From Bacteroidales bacterium UBA1757 (GTDB lineage Bacteria > Bacteroidota > Bacteroidia > Bacteroidales > UBA1402): a stretch of 47,068 nucleotides of DNA. The notes beneath the pieces are model-generated. The model worked only from the letters and a program-made list of their open reading frames with translations. It searched no databases and was not told where the DNA came from. The stretch is taken from positions 4,768 to 51,835 of the forward strand of contig DCHH01000010.1 of the NCBI GenBank assembly GCA_002315625.1. Direction: 5' to 3'. Below, one piece after another: positions 18,553 through 28,102 of the stretch (the stretch's first letter is position 1; the number at the start of each line of letters is the position of its first letter). The translations under genes were made by a program, and so were the position numbers.

Positions 18553-20556
18553 ATGAAGAGAACACTGGGCATTGTTAAGGGCGACCCCTGGCTCAAGCCA
18601 TACGAGAAGGCTTTGCAGGGACGCTATGATTATGCCGTGCGCCGTGAAAAAGAGCTTGTCGGTGACGGCACCCTGTCGGACTTTGCCGACGGTTATCTCT
18701 ATTTCGGACTTCATTTCATTGACGGACAGTGGGTTTTCCGGGAATGGGCACCCAATGCTACCGCCATACATCTGCTTTGCGATACAAATGGCTGGCAGAA
18801 AACTCCCGCATACGCCTTGCACCCGCTGGAAAACGGTGTGTGGGAAGCGGTAATGCCTGCTGAGGCCCTTCATCACAACGAGCATTACAAGATGTTTGTC
18901 GAGTGGAACGGAGGATGCGGTCTTCGTATTCCGGCATGGTGCCAGCGAGTGGTGCAGGACCGTGGCACTGCCGTATTCAGCGCCCAGGTATGGAAGCCCG
19001 AGCAGCCATATATTTTCACCCACAAGAAATTCAAGGCGACAAAGGATCCACTCCTTATATATGAGTGTCATATCGGAATGGCTGTCGAAGAGGAGCGGGT
19101 TGGAACATACGAGGAGTTCCGCATCAATGTTCTTCCCCGCATAGCCTCCCTTGGATACAACGCCATACAAATCATGGCCATACAGGAGCATCCCTACTAT
19201 GGGTCGTTTGGTTATCACGTATCCAACTTCTTTGCTCCGTCCTCCAGGTTCGGTACCCCTGAGGAGCTCAAGCATCTGGTTGACGATGCTCATGGTCTGG
19301 GAATAGCCGTTATTATGGACATTGTCCATTCCCATGCCGTGAAGAATACTCAGGAGGGGCTTGGGCTTCTGGACGGTGACCCAGGACAGTATTTTTACAG
19401 CGACGGCAGGCGGGAGCACCCGGCATGGGATTCCCTGTGCTTCAATTATGAGAAGAACGAGGTGCTGCATTTCCTTCTCTCGAACTGCAAGTACTGGATA
19501 GATGAGTTCCGCTTCGACGGTTTCCGTTTCGACGGAGTCACATCGATGATTTACTGGAGTCACGGGCTAGGCGAGAGCTTTGGAGGCTACGGCGACTATT
19601 TCAATGCAAATGAAAACGGTGATGCAATATGCTATCTGACCCTTGCCAATAAGCTCATACATCAAGTTAATCCTCATGCCATAACAATCGCCGAGGAGGT
19701 GAGTGGTATGCCAGGGCTTGCGGCTCCCTTCAAAAAGGGGGGTGTAGGTTTTGACTACCGTATGGCCATGGGGATTCCCGACTACTGGATAAAGGTTATC
19801 AAGGAGAAGAAGGACGAAGACTGGAGTCCCGGAGGCATTCTGTGGGAACTTACCAACCACCGGAGCGACGAGCATACCATCAGTTATGCAGAGAGTCATG
19901 ACCAGGCGCTTGTGGGCGACAAGACCATAATCTTCCGCCTTATTGATGCCGATATGTACTGGCACATGGGACAGGGTGACCACAAGGAGACAATCGACCG
20001 GGGAATTGCCCTGCACAAGATAATCCGTCTGTTCACAGCTTCGACAATCAACGGCGGCTACCTCAATTTCATGGGTAACGAGTTCGGTCATCCCGAATGG
20101 ATTGACTTCCCGCGTGAGGGGAATGGCTGGTCACATAAGTATGCCAGACGACAGTGGAGCCTGGTCGATCGTCAGGACCTTCAGTACCGGTTTTTGTCGG
20201 CCTTTGACAAGGCTATGCTCAAGGTGGTCGGAATCAATGGATTCAATACTTTACCGCTTGTTCAGAGATGTATTAACGACGGAGACCAGGTTGTGGCCTT
20301 TGAGCGAGGGAACCTCCTTTTTGTTTTCAATCTGAGTCCCAACCGGTCGTTCACGGGGTATGGCATTCAGGTTACCAAGGGGAGCTACCGCATGGTGCTG
20401 GATACTGACGACCCGCAGTTTGGCGGGTATGGGATGGTCGATGAGGAGCAGATTCATTTCACCCAGAATGGGAAGGGTATTACCGATTCTTCTTTGGAGT
20501 GGCTCAGGTTATATATTCCTGCCCGCACTGGGATGGTATTTATTAGAAAGGATTGA
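18553..20556 (+). CDS. glgB: 1,4-alpha-glucan branching enzyme (GH13)
   Basis: FREWAPNA, IYECHIG, MDIVHSH, GFRFDGVTSM, IAEEVSG, YAESHDQALVGDKT. Confidence 0.95.
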   Translation: MKRTLGIVKGDPWLKPYEKALQGRYDYAVRREKELVGDGTLSDFADGYLYFGLHFIDGQWVFREWAPNATAIHLLCDTNGWQKTPAYALHPLENGVWEAVMPAEALHHNEHYKMFVEWNGGCGLRIPAWCQRVVQDRGTAVFSAQVWKPEQPYIFTHKKFKATKDPLLIYECHIGMAVEEERVGTYEEFRINVLPRIASLGYNAIQIMAIQEHPYYGSFGYHVSNFFAPSSRFGTPEELKHLVDDAHGLGIAVIMDIVHSHAVKNTQEGLGLLDGDPGQYFYSDGRREHPAWDSLCFNYEKNEVLHFLLSNCKYWIDEFRFDGFRFDGVTSMIYWSHGLGESFGGYGDYFNANENGDAICYLTLANKLIHQVNPHAITIAEEVSGMPGLAAPFKKGGVGFDYRMAMGIPDYWIKVIKEKKDEDWSPGGILWELTNHRSDEHTISYAESHDQALVGDKTIIFRLIDADMYWHMGQGDHKETIDRGIALHKIIRLFTASTINGGYLNFMGNEFGHPEWIDFPREGNGWSHKYARRQWSLVDRQDLQYRFLSAFDKAMLKVVGINGFNTLPLVQRCINDGDQVVAFERGNLLFVFNLSPNRSFTGYGIQVTKGSYRMVLDTDDPQFGGYGMVDEEQIHFTQNGKGITDSSLEWLRLYIPARTGMVFIRKD

Positions 20557-20558
20557 GT

Positions 20559-22511
20559 ATGAGAAGTCTGGCGAAAATAGGGCATATTCTTATCGGACTG
20601 CTGATAGCGATGTTGCCGGTTCGGGCGCAGAAGGTTTCTTGGACGGCCGAGGCGCAGCCAGCCGAGGAGGGGCTGTGGACGGTTTGTTTGCAGGCTAAGG
20701 TGATTTCGGGATGGCATATCTATGATTTGCAGGACTATAAGGGCGAAGGGCCGAACCAGACCGTCATCGCCTTTGAACCCTCCGGCGACTATGCCCTTGA
20801 GGGCGAAATGGAGATTTCCCCAGCCCCTGACCGTCATTTCGATGCCATGTACGGTATGGTAATCGGGACTTTCGATGGAACAGTCCGTTTTGTACAGAAA
20901 GTCAGACCCTCAAGTCTGCCCATTACTGTTGGGGTAAATGTCGAGTGGATGGCCTGTACCGCACAATCGTGTACTCCTCCCGAGGAACAGCACCTTGAGG
21001 TGGTTATTTCGTCGGATGAAACTCTTGTCGCTGATTGCAGTTCGTCCGTTTCGGGAAGTGGTAAATCCTCCCGTTCGCTGTGGGCAATGATAATCGAAGC
21101 CATTCTGTGGGGCTTTGCCGCTCTGCTGACCCCGTGTGTCTTCCCGATGGTGCCGATGACAGTGTCGTTCTTTCTGAAGGGTTCGGACAACAAGGCTGCA
21201 GGACGTTTCAAGGCTGCGATGTACGGACTGTTCATAGTCCTTTTATATACGGTACCAATCGCAATAATCATTCTCCTGACCCGAATTATCGGCGGAGACG
21301 CTGTGACGGCCGACATATTCAACTGGCTTGCAACCCACTGGCTGCCGAACATCGTTTTCTTCCTGGTTTTCATGGTGTTTGCAGCCTCCTTTTTCGGCGC
21401 ATTCGAACTGGTGCTTCCTTCCAGTCTGGTCAACAGCTCGGACCAGCAGGCGGACAAGAGGAAAGGTCTGGGCGGGGTCTTCTTCCTGGCCCTTACCCTG
21501 GTTTTGGTCTCGTTCTCCTGCACTGGCCCGATAGTCGGAACGGTGCTCATAAAATCCACTACTGGTGAGTTTTGGGCTCCGATTGTCACTATGCTGGCCT
21601 TCTCACTGGCCTTTTCCCTGCCATTCGTCCTTTGTGCCCTCTTCCCGACAGCCTTAAAAAAACTGCCCAAGAGCGGCGGATGGCTCAACTCGGTGAAAGT
21701 TGTACTGGGCTTTGTGGAAATTGCTCTCGGTCTGAAGTTCCTCAGTACTGCAGACCAGGTCTATCACTGGGGGCTGCTCGACCGTGAGGTTTATCTGGCC
21801 ATTTGGATAGTCTGCTTTACACTTTTGGGATTCTACCTGCTCGGCAAACTCCGCTTCAAGGGTGATGACGAGGTCAGACACATAAATTTTTTCAGACTGG
21901 CATTGGCCATAATCGACTTTTCGTTTGTTGTCTATATGGTGCCGGGTATGTGGGGAGCTCCCCTCAAGGCATTGTCGGGCTATCTGCCACCTATGCACAC
22001 TCAGGATTTCGTGCTTGAAACATATCAGAGTGGCGTCCGCGTGGTTGACGCTCAGTCGTCTGATTCACACAAATATTCAGATGTCCTGACTCTTCCATAC
22101 GGACTTGACGGCTACTTTGACCTGACGGAGGCCGAGGAAGCGTCCAGGCGTACGGGCAAGCCGCTCTTCATCGACTTTACCGGCCACGGCTGCGTGAATT
22201 GCCGTGAGATGGAGGTGCGTGTATGGAGTGATGCGCAGGTGCTCGGACTGCTCAGTGATAAATTCATCATCTGTGCCCTCTATACCGACGACAAAATGCC
22301 ACTTCCCGAGAATGAATGGGTGGTGACGCCATCTGGAAAGACTCTGAAAACCCTTGGCAAGGTCAATGCCCACATAGCCTTGGAACGCTACGGTGTAAAT
22401 GCCCAGCCAAACTATGTGATCCAGGCTCCTGATGGCAGGATTCTCTGTCCGGCACGGGGCTACGACCTTGATATTCCTTCCTTTGTTTCCTGGTTGAATC
22501 AGGCATTTTAA
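20559..22511 (+). CDS. dsbD: Thiol:disulfide interchange protein DsbD
   Basis: N-domain GWHIY...CTAQSC, TM-domain cysteines LTPCVFPM and FSCTGP, thioredoxin FTGHGCVNCR. Confidence 0.92.
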   Translation: MRSLAKIGHILIGLLIAMLPVRAQKVSWTAEAQPAEEGLWTVCLQAKVISGWHIYDLQDYKGEGPNQTVIAFEPSGDYALEGEMEISPAPDRHFDAMYGMVIGTFDGTVRFVQKVRPSSLPITVGVNVEWMACTAQSCTPPEEQHLEVVISSDETLVADCSSSVSGSGKSSRSLWAMIIEAILWGFAALLTPCVFPMVPMTVSFFLKGSDNKAAGRFKAAMYGLFIVLLYTVPIAIIILLTRIIGGDAVTADIFNWLATHWLPNIVFFLVFMVFAASFFGAFELVLPSSLVNSSDQQADKRKGLGGVFFLALTLVLVSFSCTGPIVGTVLIKSTTGEFWAPIVTMLAFSLAFSLPFVLCALFPTALKKLPKSGGWLNSVKVVLGFVEIALGLKFLSTADQVYHWGLLDREVYLAIWIVCFTLLGFYLLGKLRFKGDDEVRHINFFRLALAIIDFSFVVYMVPGMWGAPLKALSGYLPPMHTQDFVLETYQSGVRVVDAQSSDSHKYSDVLTLPYGLDGYFDLTEAEEASRRTGKPLFIDFTGHGCVNCREMEVRVWSDAQVLGLLSDKFIICALYTDDKMPLPENEWVVTPSGKTLKTLGKVNAHIALERYGVNAQPNYVIQAPDGRILCPARGYDLDIPSFVSWLNQAF

Positions 22512-22531
22512 AAAGCATAGTAAAAAATAGG

Positions 22532-22539
22532 TACCTTTG
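22532..22539 (+). promoter_or_regulatory. -7 promoter box (TACCTTTG)
   Basis: Consensus match 20 nt upstream of ATG 22560. Confidence 0.65.
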
Positions 22540-22559
22540 CCCGTCAAAAGATAAAGTTC

Positions 22560-23273
22560 ATGAAGAAGTTTCTTTTTCTCACAATCCCGCTGCTATTCGC
22601 CTCGCTTTCTGTAAAAGCGCAGTGGCAGATTGGTCTTCAGGCCGGATATGACTACGATGTCTATACCATCAATACCGGTTATCAGTATGATTTCAATTAT
22701 GTGCCTCAGGGGGGACTCACCATCGCCGTACCCTTCCAGAGGCAGTTTACCGATTGGTTAGGTCTGCGCTTTGACCTGGCATACGTCCAGAAAAACACCA
22801 GGATGTACCGTTCCAGTATATATAAGGAGATGTTTACAAACTCAAAGAACAGCTATATTTCTCTGCCTGTGATGGCTAATTTCTCGTTCGGTGGAACTTA
22901 CGTGCGGGGTTTTGCAAATGTCGGCGGATACATCGGCTATTGGACTGCAGGAAAAGTCAACGGAGTTCAGCCAAACATTGATTTGATTACCGATGTGGAG
23001 GACTATGTCGGCTTCAATGAGAAATATGTCTTCAGCAAGAAACGTGACAACCGTTTGGATGCCGGTCTGGCTGGTGGCATAGGACTCTCGGTACAGACAA
23101 AGGGACGTATCGGATTCAACATAGAAGGTCGTGTCTATTACGGACTGACCAGTACCAAGAACAACTATATGCGGGTGAATTATCCGGCTTACCATACTAC
23201 CTTCGCCATTCAGGCGGGTGTTTTCTTCCTCTTGGACAAAGTTAACCTGAACAGGAATTGCAACTGTGAATAA
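22560..23273 (+). CDS. Outer membrane beta-barrel (porin family / OMP_b-brl_2-like) protein
   Basis: Signal peptide VKA-Q, YISLPV, GGYIGYW, DAGLAGGIG, EGRVYYGL. Confidence 0.8.
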   Translation: MKKFLFLTIPLLFASLSVKAQWQIGLQAGYDYDVYTINTGYQYDFNYVPQGGLTIAVPFQRQFTDWLGLRFDLAYVQKNTRMYRSSIYKEMFTNSKNSYISLPVMANFSFGGTYVRGFANVGGYIGYWTAGKVNGVQPNIDLITDVEDYVGFNEKYVFSKKRDNRLDAGLAGGIGLSVQTKGRIGFNIEGRVYYGLTSTKNNYMRVNYPAYHTTFAIQAGVFFLLDKVNLNRNCNCE

Positions 23274-23283
23274 TTTGCCGATT

Positions 23284-24504
23284 ATGAAAAAACTCATTGC
23301 AATATCGATGGCTGTTATGGCCGTTTCACTGTGTTCCTGCCGTCAGCACGGCGATGATGTTCTTAACCCCGATTCCACTGCCTTGCAGGAGATTGAGTCG
23401 TATGTTGATTTGTTTGACATAGTATGGAATGGCATAAACAGCAGTTATGTCTTTTGGGATGTCGATTCCGTGAACTGGGACAAGCGTTACGAAGAGTGCC
23501 TTCCGTTGTTCAAGGCTTTTGATGATACCCATGAAAAGGGTGATACTGTTCACTATAAGCAATACCGGGAGGCATGGAGTAAGGTCGTAGCCGGATTGAC
23601 AGACCATCACCTCTATGCCAGCATACGGAATCTATACCCTGTCAAAGGAGAGCAGGAATTCGTTACTCTTTCTCCAGGCTCTGAAGAGGTCAAGTCGCGT
23701 GTCGGTTACCACCCTTCATCCGAGAATGTAATTGAGGCTGCAATAGATACTATGGTACAGGACGGCCGTATCTCGGATATTAGTATTGCATACGGTTACG
23801 ATACGGCGATATATGTCCTTTCCTGCCTGATGGACAGCTCAATAGCCTATTTTCGCTCCAATTCATTCTATCTTACTGAAATGAAGGAAGCAGCGAAGGG
23901 AACTCCTGAAGCAATGTGCTGGAAAGTCTTTGAAAGCTGGAAGCGGCTGATAGCAGACAAGGCTACTGGTGCCATTCTGGATGTCCGTGCAAACGGCGGA
24001 GGGTATTGTTCCGATTTGGGTCTCTTGCTCTCACCTTTCCTTGCTGAGAATTTAACAATAGGGCGTTACCGCACCAAGCAGGGAATGGGGCGCATGGACT
24101 ATTCGCCATGGTCGGATATGGTCTGTCCCGCTTCTGCAACTACCGATACCGTGTATGATATTCCTTTAGTTGTAATCTGTGACTGTGGTTCGGTCAGTAT
24201 GGCTGAGATGACAGCATACGCTGTGTCTCAGATGCCAAAGGGGGTCACTGTGGGAGAAAGGACCTACGGAGCTACCGGGCCTTTGGCACCCGGCTGGTAT
24301 GAGGGGACTTTTGGCGGCGTTTTCGGCACCATGTATTCTAATTACTATGTCTATACATCCACCTTTGAATGGCATACTCCGGAAGGATGCCTTGAAGGTA
24401 TAGGTGTGACCCCCGATGTCTATGTGCCATTCGATTCAATAGCTTTCTCCATGGGTGTTGACCCTCAGATAGAGGCAGCACTCCTTCAGTTTAAAAATAA
24501 TTGA
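23284..24504 (+). CDS. S41 family peptidase, lipoprotein
   Basis: Lipobox-like LCSC, YVFWD...NWD (tricorn C1-like), ILDVRANGGG, SMAE catalytic Ser, GERTYG, EGIGVTPD. Alternative start 23266. Confidence 0.88.
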   Translation: MKKLIAISMAVMAVSLCSCRQHGDDVLNPDSTALQEIESYVDLFDIVWNGINSSYVFWDVDSVNWDKRYEECLPLFKAFDDTHEKGDTVHYKQYREAWSKVVAGLTDHHLYASIRNLYPVKGEQEFVTLSPGSEEVKSRVGYHPSSENVIEAAIDTMVQDGRISDISIAYGYDTAIYVLSCLMDSSIAYFRSNSFYLTEMKEAAKGTPEAMCWKVFESWKRLIADKATGAILDVRANGGGYCSDLGLLLSPFLAENLTIGRYRTKQGMGRMDYSPWSDMVCPASATTDTVYDIPLVVICDCGSVSMAEMTAYAVSQMPKGVTVGERTYGATGPLAPGWYEGTFGGVFGTMYSNYYVYTSTFEWHTPEGCLEGIGVTPDVYVPFDSIAFSMGVDPQIEAALLQFKNN

Positions 24505-24530
24505 GTTTGAGTAAATAAATACTCTACGAC

Positions 24531-26162
24531 ATGCTTAACGGAATTCTTCTGCTTCTATCAATTATTATTTTTGTTTGCGTTTTCCTGAATAACGTATCCA
24601 ACAAATTCGGCATACCGGTTCTGTTGGTTTTCCTGATGTTAGGTGTCTTTGTCGGCCGTGAACAGGATATTATGAATCAGGCTCAGGCAGTCAGCGATAC
24701 CTGTACAATTGCGCTAATATTCATAATGTTTTACGGCGGTTTCGGCACTAGCTGGAAGTCGGCCCGTCCTATTGCAGTACAAGCCGGCATTCTTGCTACA
24801 GTAGGTGTTCTGATGACCGCTGTCATAACCGGGGCTTTTTGCATTTTTGTACTCCATTGGGACTGGAAGGCGGGCATGCTTTTAGGTGCTGTGCTCAGTT
24901 CGACGGATGCTGCTTCCGTTTTTTCCATTCTCCGTTCAAAACGGTTGGGACTTAAAAACCATACGGCCCCGATGCTTGAAGTGGAGAGCGGCAGCAACGA
25001 CCCGATGTCATATATGCTCACGGCCATCATGATTTCAATCATCAGCGGCACGGCTTCAGCTGGAGCAATCGTCTGGGAGATTATTGCTCAGATGGTCTTT
25101 GGTGCAGGAGGCGGCCTGCTCATAGCGCAGGGGACTCTCTGGGTGCTCCGTCGGATTAAGTTTGCTTCTTCCGGTTTTGATATGCTTTTCATGGGGGCGG
25201 TGGCAGTAATTTCATACGCTTTGCCTTCGTTAATAGGGGGTAATGGTTATCTTTCGACATACATTGTCGGCATCGTTCTGGGTAATGCCAAACTGACGGA
25301 CAGAAAGCAGCTTGTGAACTTCTTTGACGGTATAACGAGCCTGACACAGATTATTATATTCTTCCTTTTGGGATTCATGGTCAATGCAGAAAGGTTCCTG
25401 AGCAACTCGGCAAACTGGACTGGGACCATTCTTCCCGCAATTGCCGTCATGTTCTTCATGCTCCTGGTTGCCCGCCCGATATCTGTCTTTGCCATTCTGG
25501 CACCTTTCAAGAAATACAGCTTCAAACAGATGACCCTGATATCGTTTGTGGGATTGAGGGGCGCGGCATCCATTGTGTTTGCCATCTTGGCAATGATTGG
25601 TGCTCAAGGACTTATTGAAGTCGATATTTTCAGTATGGTCTTTTGTATCGTTGTTCTGTCCATTTCGCTTCAGGGATCGTTTATCCCATTGGTAGCCAAG
25701 AAGTTGGATATGATTGACAAAAGCGACGTAATGAAGACTTTCACCGATTTCTCCGATGAGAGCGAGATGCAGTTCGGGCGCATTCGTATAACAGAAGAGA
25801 GTTCATGGTGCAATAGGGAAGTCATGAATCTGAATCTGCCAAAAGAAATGCTGCTCACACTGATTCTGAGAGGTAAGGAGCGTATAGTGCCCAACGGATC
25901 GACTGTCTTGCTGGACGGTGACGAGGCAATTATCTCGACTTTGGGCTACACCGACGAGGAATATACAGACCTGCGTGAACATCCCATCAGCAAGAATAGC
26001 AAATGGATAGGCAGGAAGCTCAAGGAGTATCCCAGCAAGCCGGAGCAGTTAGTGGTGATGATTCGGCGTGGCGACAAGCGGGTTGTACCTAATGGCGACA
26101 CAGTGTTCAAAAAAGGGGATGTGCTGGTTATTATGGACAGGAATTACGCAAAAGTCCAGTAA
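24531..26162 (+). CDS. cvrA: Potassium/proton antiporter (CvrA/NhaP2, CPA1) with two RCK_C domains
   Basis: SSTDAASVF, LEVESGSNDP, GLRGAASI, two VPNG.T RCK_C repeats. Confidence 0.88.
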   Translation: MLNGILLLLSIIIFVCVFLNNVSNKFGIPVLLVFLMLGVFVGREQDIMNQAQAVSDTCTIALIFIMFYGGFGTSWKSARPIAVQAGILATVGVLMTAVITGAFCIFVLHWDWKAGMLLGAVLSSTDAASVFSILRSKRLGLKNHTAPMLEVESGSNDPMSYMLTAIMISIISGTASAGAIVWEIIAQMVFGAGGGLLIAQGTLWVLRRIKFASSGFDMLFMGAVAVISYALPSLIGGNGYLSTYIVGIVLGNAKLTDRKQLVNFFDGITSLTQIIIFFLLGFMVNAERFLSNSANWTGTILPAIAVMFFMLLVARPISVFAILAPFKKYSFKQMTLISFVGLRGAASIVFAILAMIGAQGLIEVDIFSMVFCIVVLSISLQGSFIPLVAKKLDMIDKSDVMKTFTDFSDESEMQFGRIRITEESSWCNREVMNLNLPKEMLLTLILRGKERIVPNGSTVLLDGDEAIISTLGYTDEEYTDLREHPISKNSKWIGRKLKEYPSKPEQLVVMIRRGDKRVVPNGDTVFKKGDVLVIMDRNYAKVQ

Positions 26163-26171
26163 TCCGGGTAT

Positions 26172-27008
26172 TTATTCAAGGTAGCGACTGCGAAGGGTCT
26201 CGATATCGTCGTCGGTGACCAGCAATATTTCGTTCAGATAGCTGTGCATGCCGCCGTATTCGTTGTCAATTACATCCAATGCGGCTTCGAAGTAGGCCGG
26301 ATTCACGCTTGCAAATGAGCGTAGGGTCTCGATTGTCAGGCTGTCAGCATTTAGCCTGTGGGCAATTGAAAGAATAGCTTCAAATGTTTGTGAGTAGGCG
26401 TGTGCGGACAACCGGTAGTCGGCCATGATTGTGGCCCGGTCGGCACCAAGTGCGGCCAAAAGGTATGCTGCAGCCATGCCGGTGCGGTCTTTCCCTTGCG
26501 AGCAGTGCCAGAGAATGCCGCCCTCCTCCTGGGAAAGTATCATGTTGAAATAGGCCGAATACTGAAGCTGTGTGTATTCGTTGACCACAAATGATGTGTA
26601 CATTCCCTTTGCAAAATTCTGTGCGAAAGGGGTGCTGCACATTCTTACGAGACCTTCCGGGTCTTTTTCCAGCAGTGTGAAAGTTTTGATTTCTTCTTCC
26701 TTCAAGCCTGTTTCGTCAAGAACAGGGAGAAAAATATGCCGCATCCCTACCACGGACAGATCCGGTTTGGTTTCCATTTCGTAGTGGCTTCGAAGGTCGA
26801 AGTCGAGGGTTATGTCAAACTCTTCGTGAAGACGTCGTCTGTCATTGTCTGAAGCCCGGTTCAGGGCACCGCAGCGTATCAGACAGTTGTTCTTTACACG
26901 CCGTCCGTCAGGCATTACTATTCCGCCTAACTGGCGGGCGTTGATAACATTATCAAGATGAATAGATTGCCCTTCAAATGTGAGAGTTGAACTTATGTCT
27001 GCTTTCAT
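26172..27008 (-). CDS. Tyrosine-protein phosphatase family protein (PtpB/Y_phosphatase3-like)
   Basis: NARQLGG, DLRS, P-loop HCSQGKDRTG (CX5R), DY.LS. Start taken at MKADISS. Confidence 0.9.
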   Translation of the reverse strand: MKADISSTLTFEGQSIHLDNVINARQLGGIVMPDGRRVKNNCLIRCGALNRASDNDRRRLHEEFDITLDFDLRSHYEMETKPDLSVVGMRHIFLPVLDETGLKEEEIKTFTLLEKDPEGLVRMCSTPFAQNFAKGMYTSFVVNEYTQLQYSAYFNMILSQEEGGILWHCSQGKDRTGMAAAYLLAALGADRATIMADYRLSAHAYSQTFEAILSIAHRLNADSLTIETLRSFASVNPAYFEAALDVIDNEYGGMHSYLNEILLVTDDDIETLRSRYLE

Positions 27009-27012
27009 ACTG

Positions 27013-27040
27013 CAAAAGTAAAGCTTTTTTCCTAATTTTG
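27013..27040. promoter_or_regulatory. Back-to-back divergent -7 boxes (minus TACTTTTG 27013-27020; plus TAATTTTG 27033-27040)
   Basis: Two consensus boxes in the 50-nt intergenic gap. Confidence 0.65.
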
Positions 27041-27058
27041 CGGCTTTATTAGCAAGAT

Positions 27059-28102
27059 ATGACTTCCCTGATTCTCTTCCTTCTGTCCGCGTTGATACTT
27101 TCATTCGTATGCTCCATACTGGAGTCTGTGCTTATGTCAACGCCCCTTTCCTATATTTCGATGAAGGAGGAGGAAGGCTATCGTCCGGCCAAAAAGTTCA
27201 AGAAATTCAAGACCGAGATAGACCGCCCGATTGCTGCAATCCTTTCACTGAATACCATTGCGAATACCGTCGGTGCGGCAGGTGTAGGCAAGCAGGCTAC
27301 GGAGGTGTTCGGAAGCGAGTGGTTCGGTTTGGTGTCGGCTGCCACTACAATCATGATTCTGGTTTTCTCGGAAATCATCCCAAAGAATATCGGCGCCTCG
27401 TATTGGAAACACCTGATGGGATTCACAACCCGTGTAATCAGCGTGCTGGTCGTGGTGCTTTATCCCGTGGTCATCATTGTTGAACTGATCAGCAAATGGA
27501 TAAAGCCTAAGGATGACCAGGCCACGGTAAGCCGTGAGGAGGTGTCTGCCATGGCAAATATTGCCGAAGAGGAGGGAGAGTTTGATGCCGACGAGAACAA
27601 GCTGATACAGAATCTGATAAACCTGGACGATATTCAGGCTTGCGATGCTATGACGCCGCGCGTGGTGTCGGCCATAGCCTGTGAGAATATGACGGTCAAG
27701 GAGTTCTACAAGGACGACCAGTATCTGCACCATTCCCGAATTCCTGTCTGGTCCGATTCGCCTGACTATATCACCGGCTATATCCTTCGCAGTGATGCCC
27801 TTCAACTGCTTGCCGACGACAAGTTCAATGTGACCCTTTCAAGCATCCGCCGTCCGATTGACTTTTTTACGGAAGAAACTTCACTGGGCGATATCTGGGA
27901 TGCCTTCATGAAGAAGAAGGAGCAGATTTCGCTCATTATCGATGAGTATGGATGTTTTATGGGAATCCTCACACTGGAGGACGTCATAGAGACCATCATC
28001 GGCTCTGAAATCGTAGATGAGCAGGACGAGGTCAGCGATATGCAGCAGTATGCCCGCGAACGCTGGCAGGTGCGGCAGAAAAAAGAGGAGTCAGCCCAAT
28101 AG
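27059..28102 (+). CDS. CNNM/DUF21-CBS domain membrane protein (CorB/hemolysin-like)
   Basis: FVCSILES, ILSLNTIAN, FSEIIPK, MTPR, HSRIPV, DEYG, TLEDVIE. Confidence 0.9.
   Translation: MTSLILFLLSALILSFVCSILESVLMSTPLSYISMKEEEGYRPAKKFKKFKTEIDRPIAAILSLNTIANTVGAAGVGKQATEVFGSEWFGLVSAATTIMILVFSEIIPKNIGASYWKHLMGFTTRVISVLVVVLYPVVIIVELISKWIKPKDDQATVSREEVSAMANIAEEEGEFDADENKLIQNLINLDDIQACDAMTPRVVSAIACENMTVKEFYKDDQYLHHSRIPVWSDSPDYITGYILRSDALQLLADDKFNVTLSSIRRPIDFFTEETSLGDIWDAFMKKKEQISLIIDEYGCFMGILTLEDVIETIIGSEIVDEQDEVSDMQQYARERWQVRQKKEESAQ

Noticed and set aside
18541-19563. 340-aa ORF antisense to glgB
   Set aside because: No recognisable motifs; shadow ORF of a well-supported gene.
20834-21688. 284-aa ORF antisense to dsbD
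   Set aside because: Composition mirrors the hydrophobic codons of the sense gene; no motifs.
27059-28102. Hemolysin or virulence interpretation of the CNNM protein
   Set aside because: DUF21-CBS architecture indicates a CorB/CNNM Mg2+ homeostasis protein; the hemolysin label is a legacy annotation.
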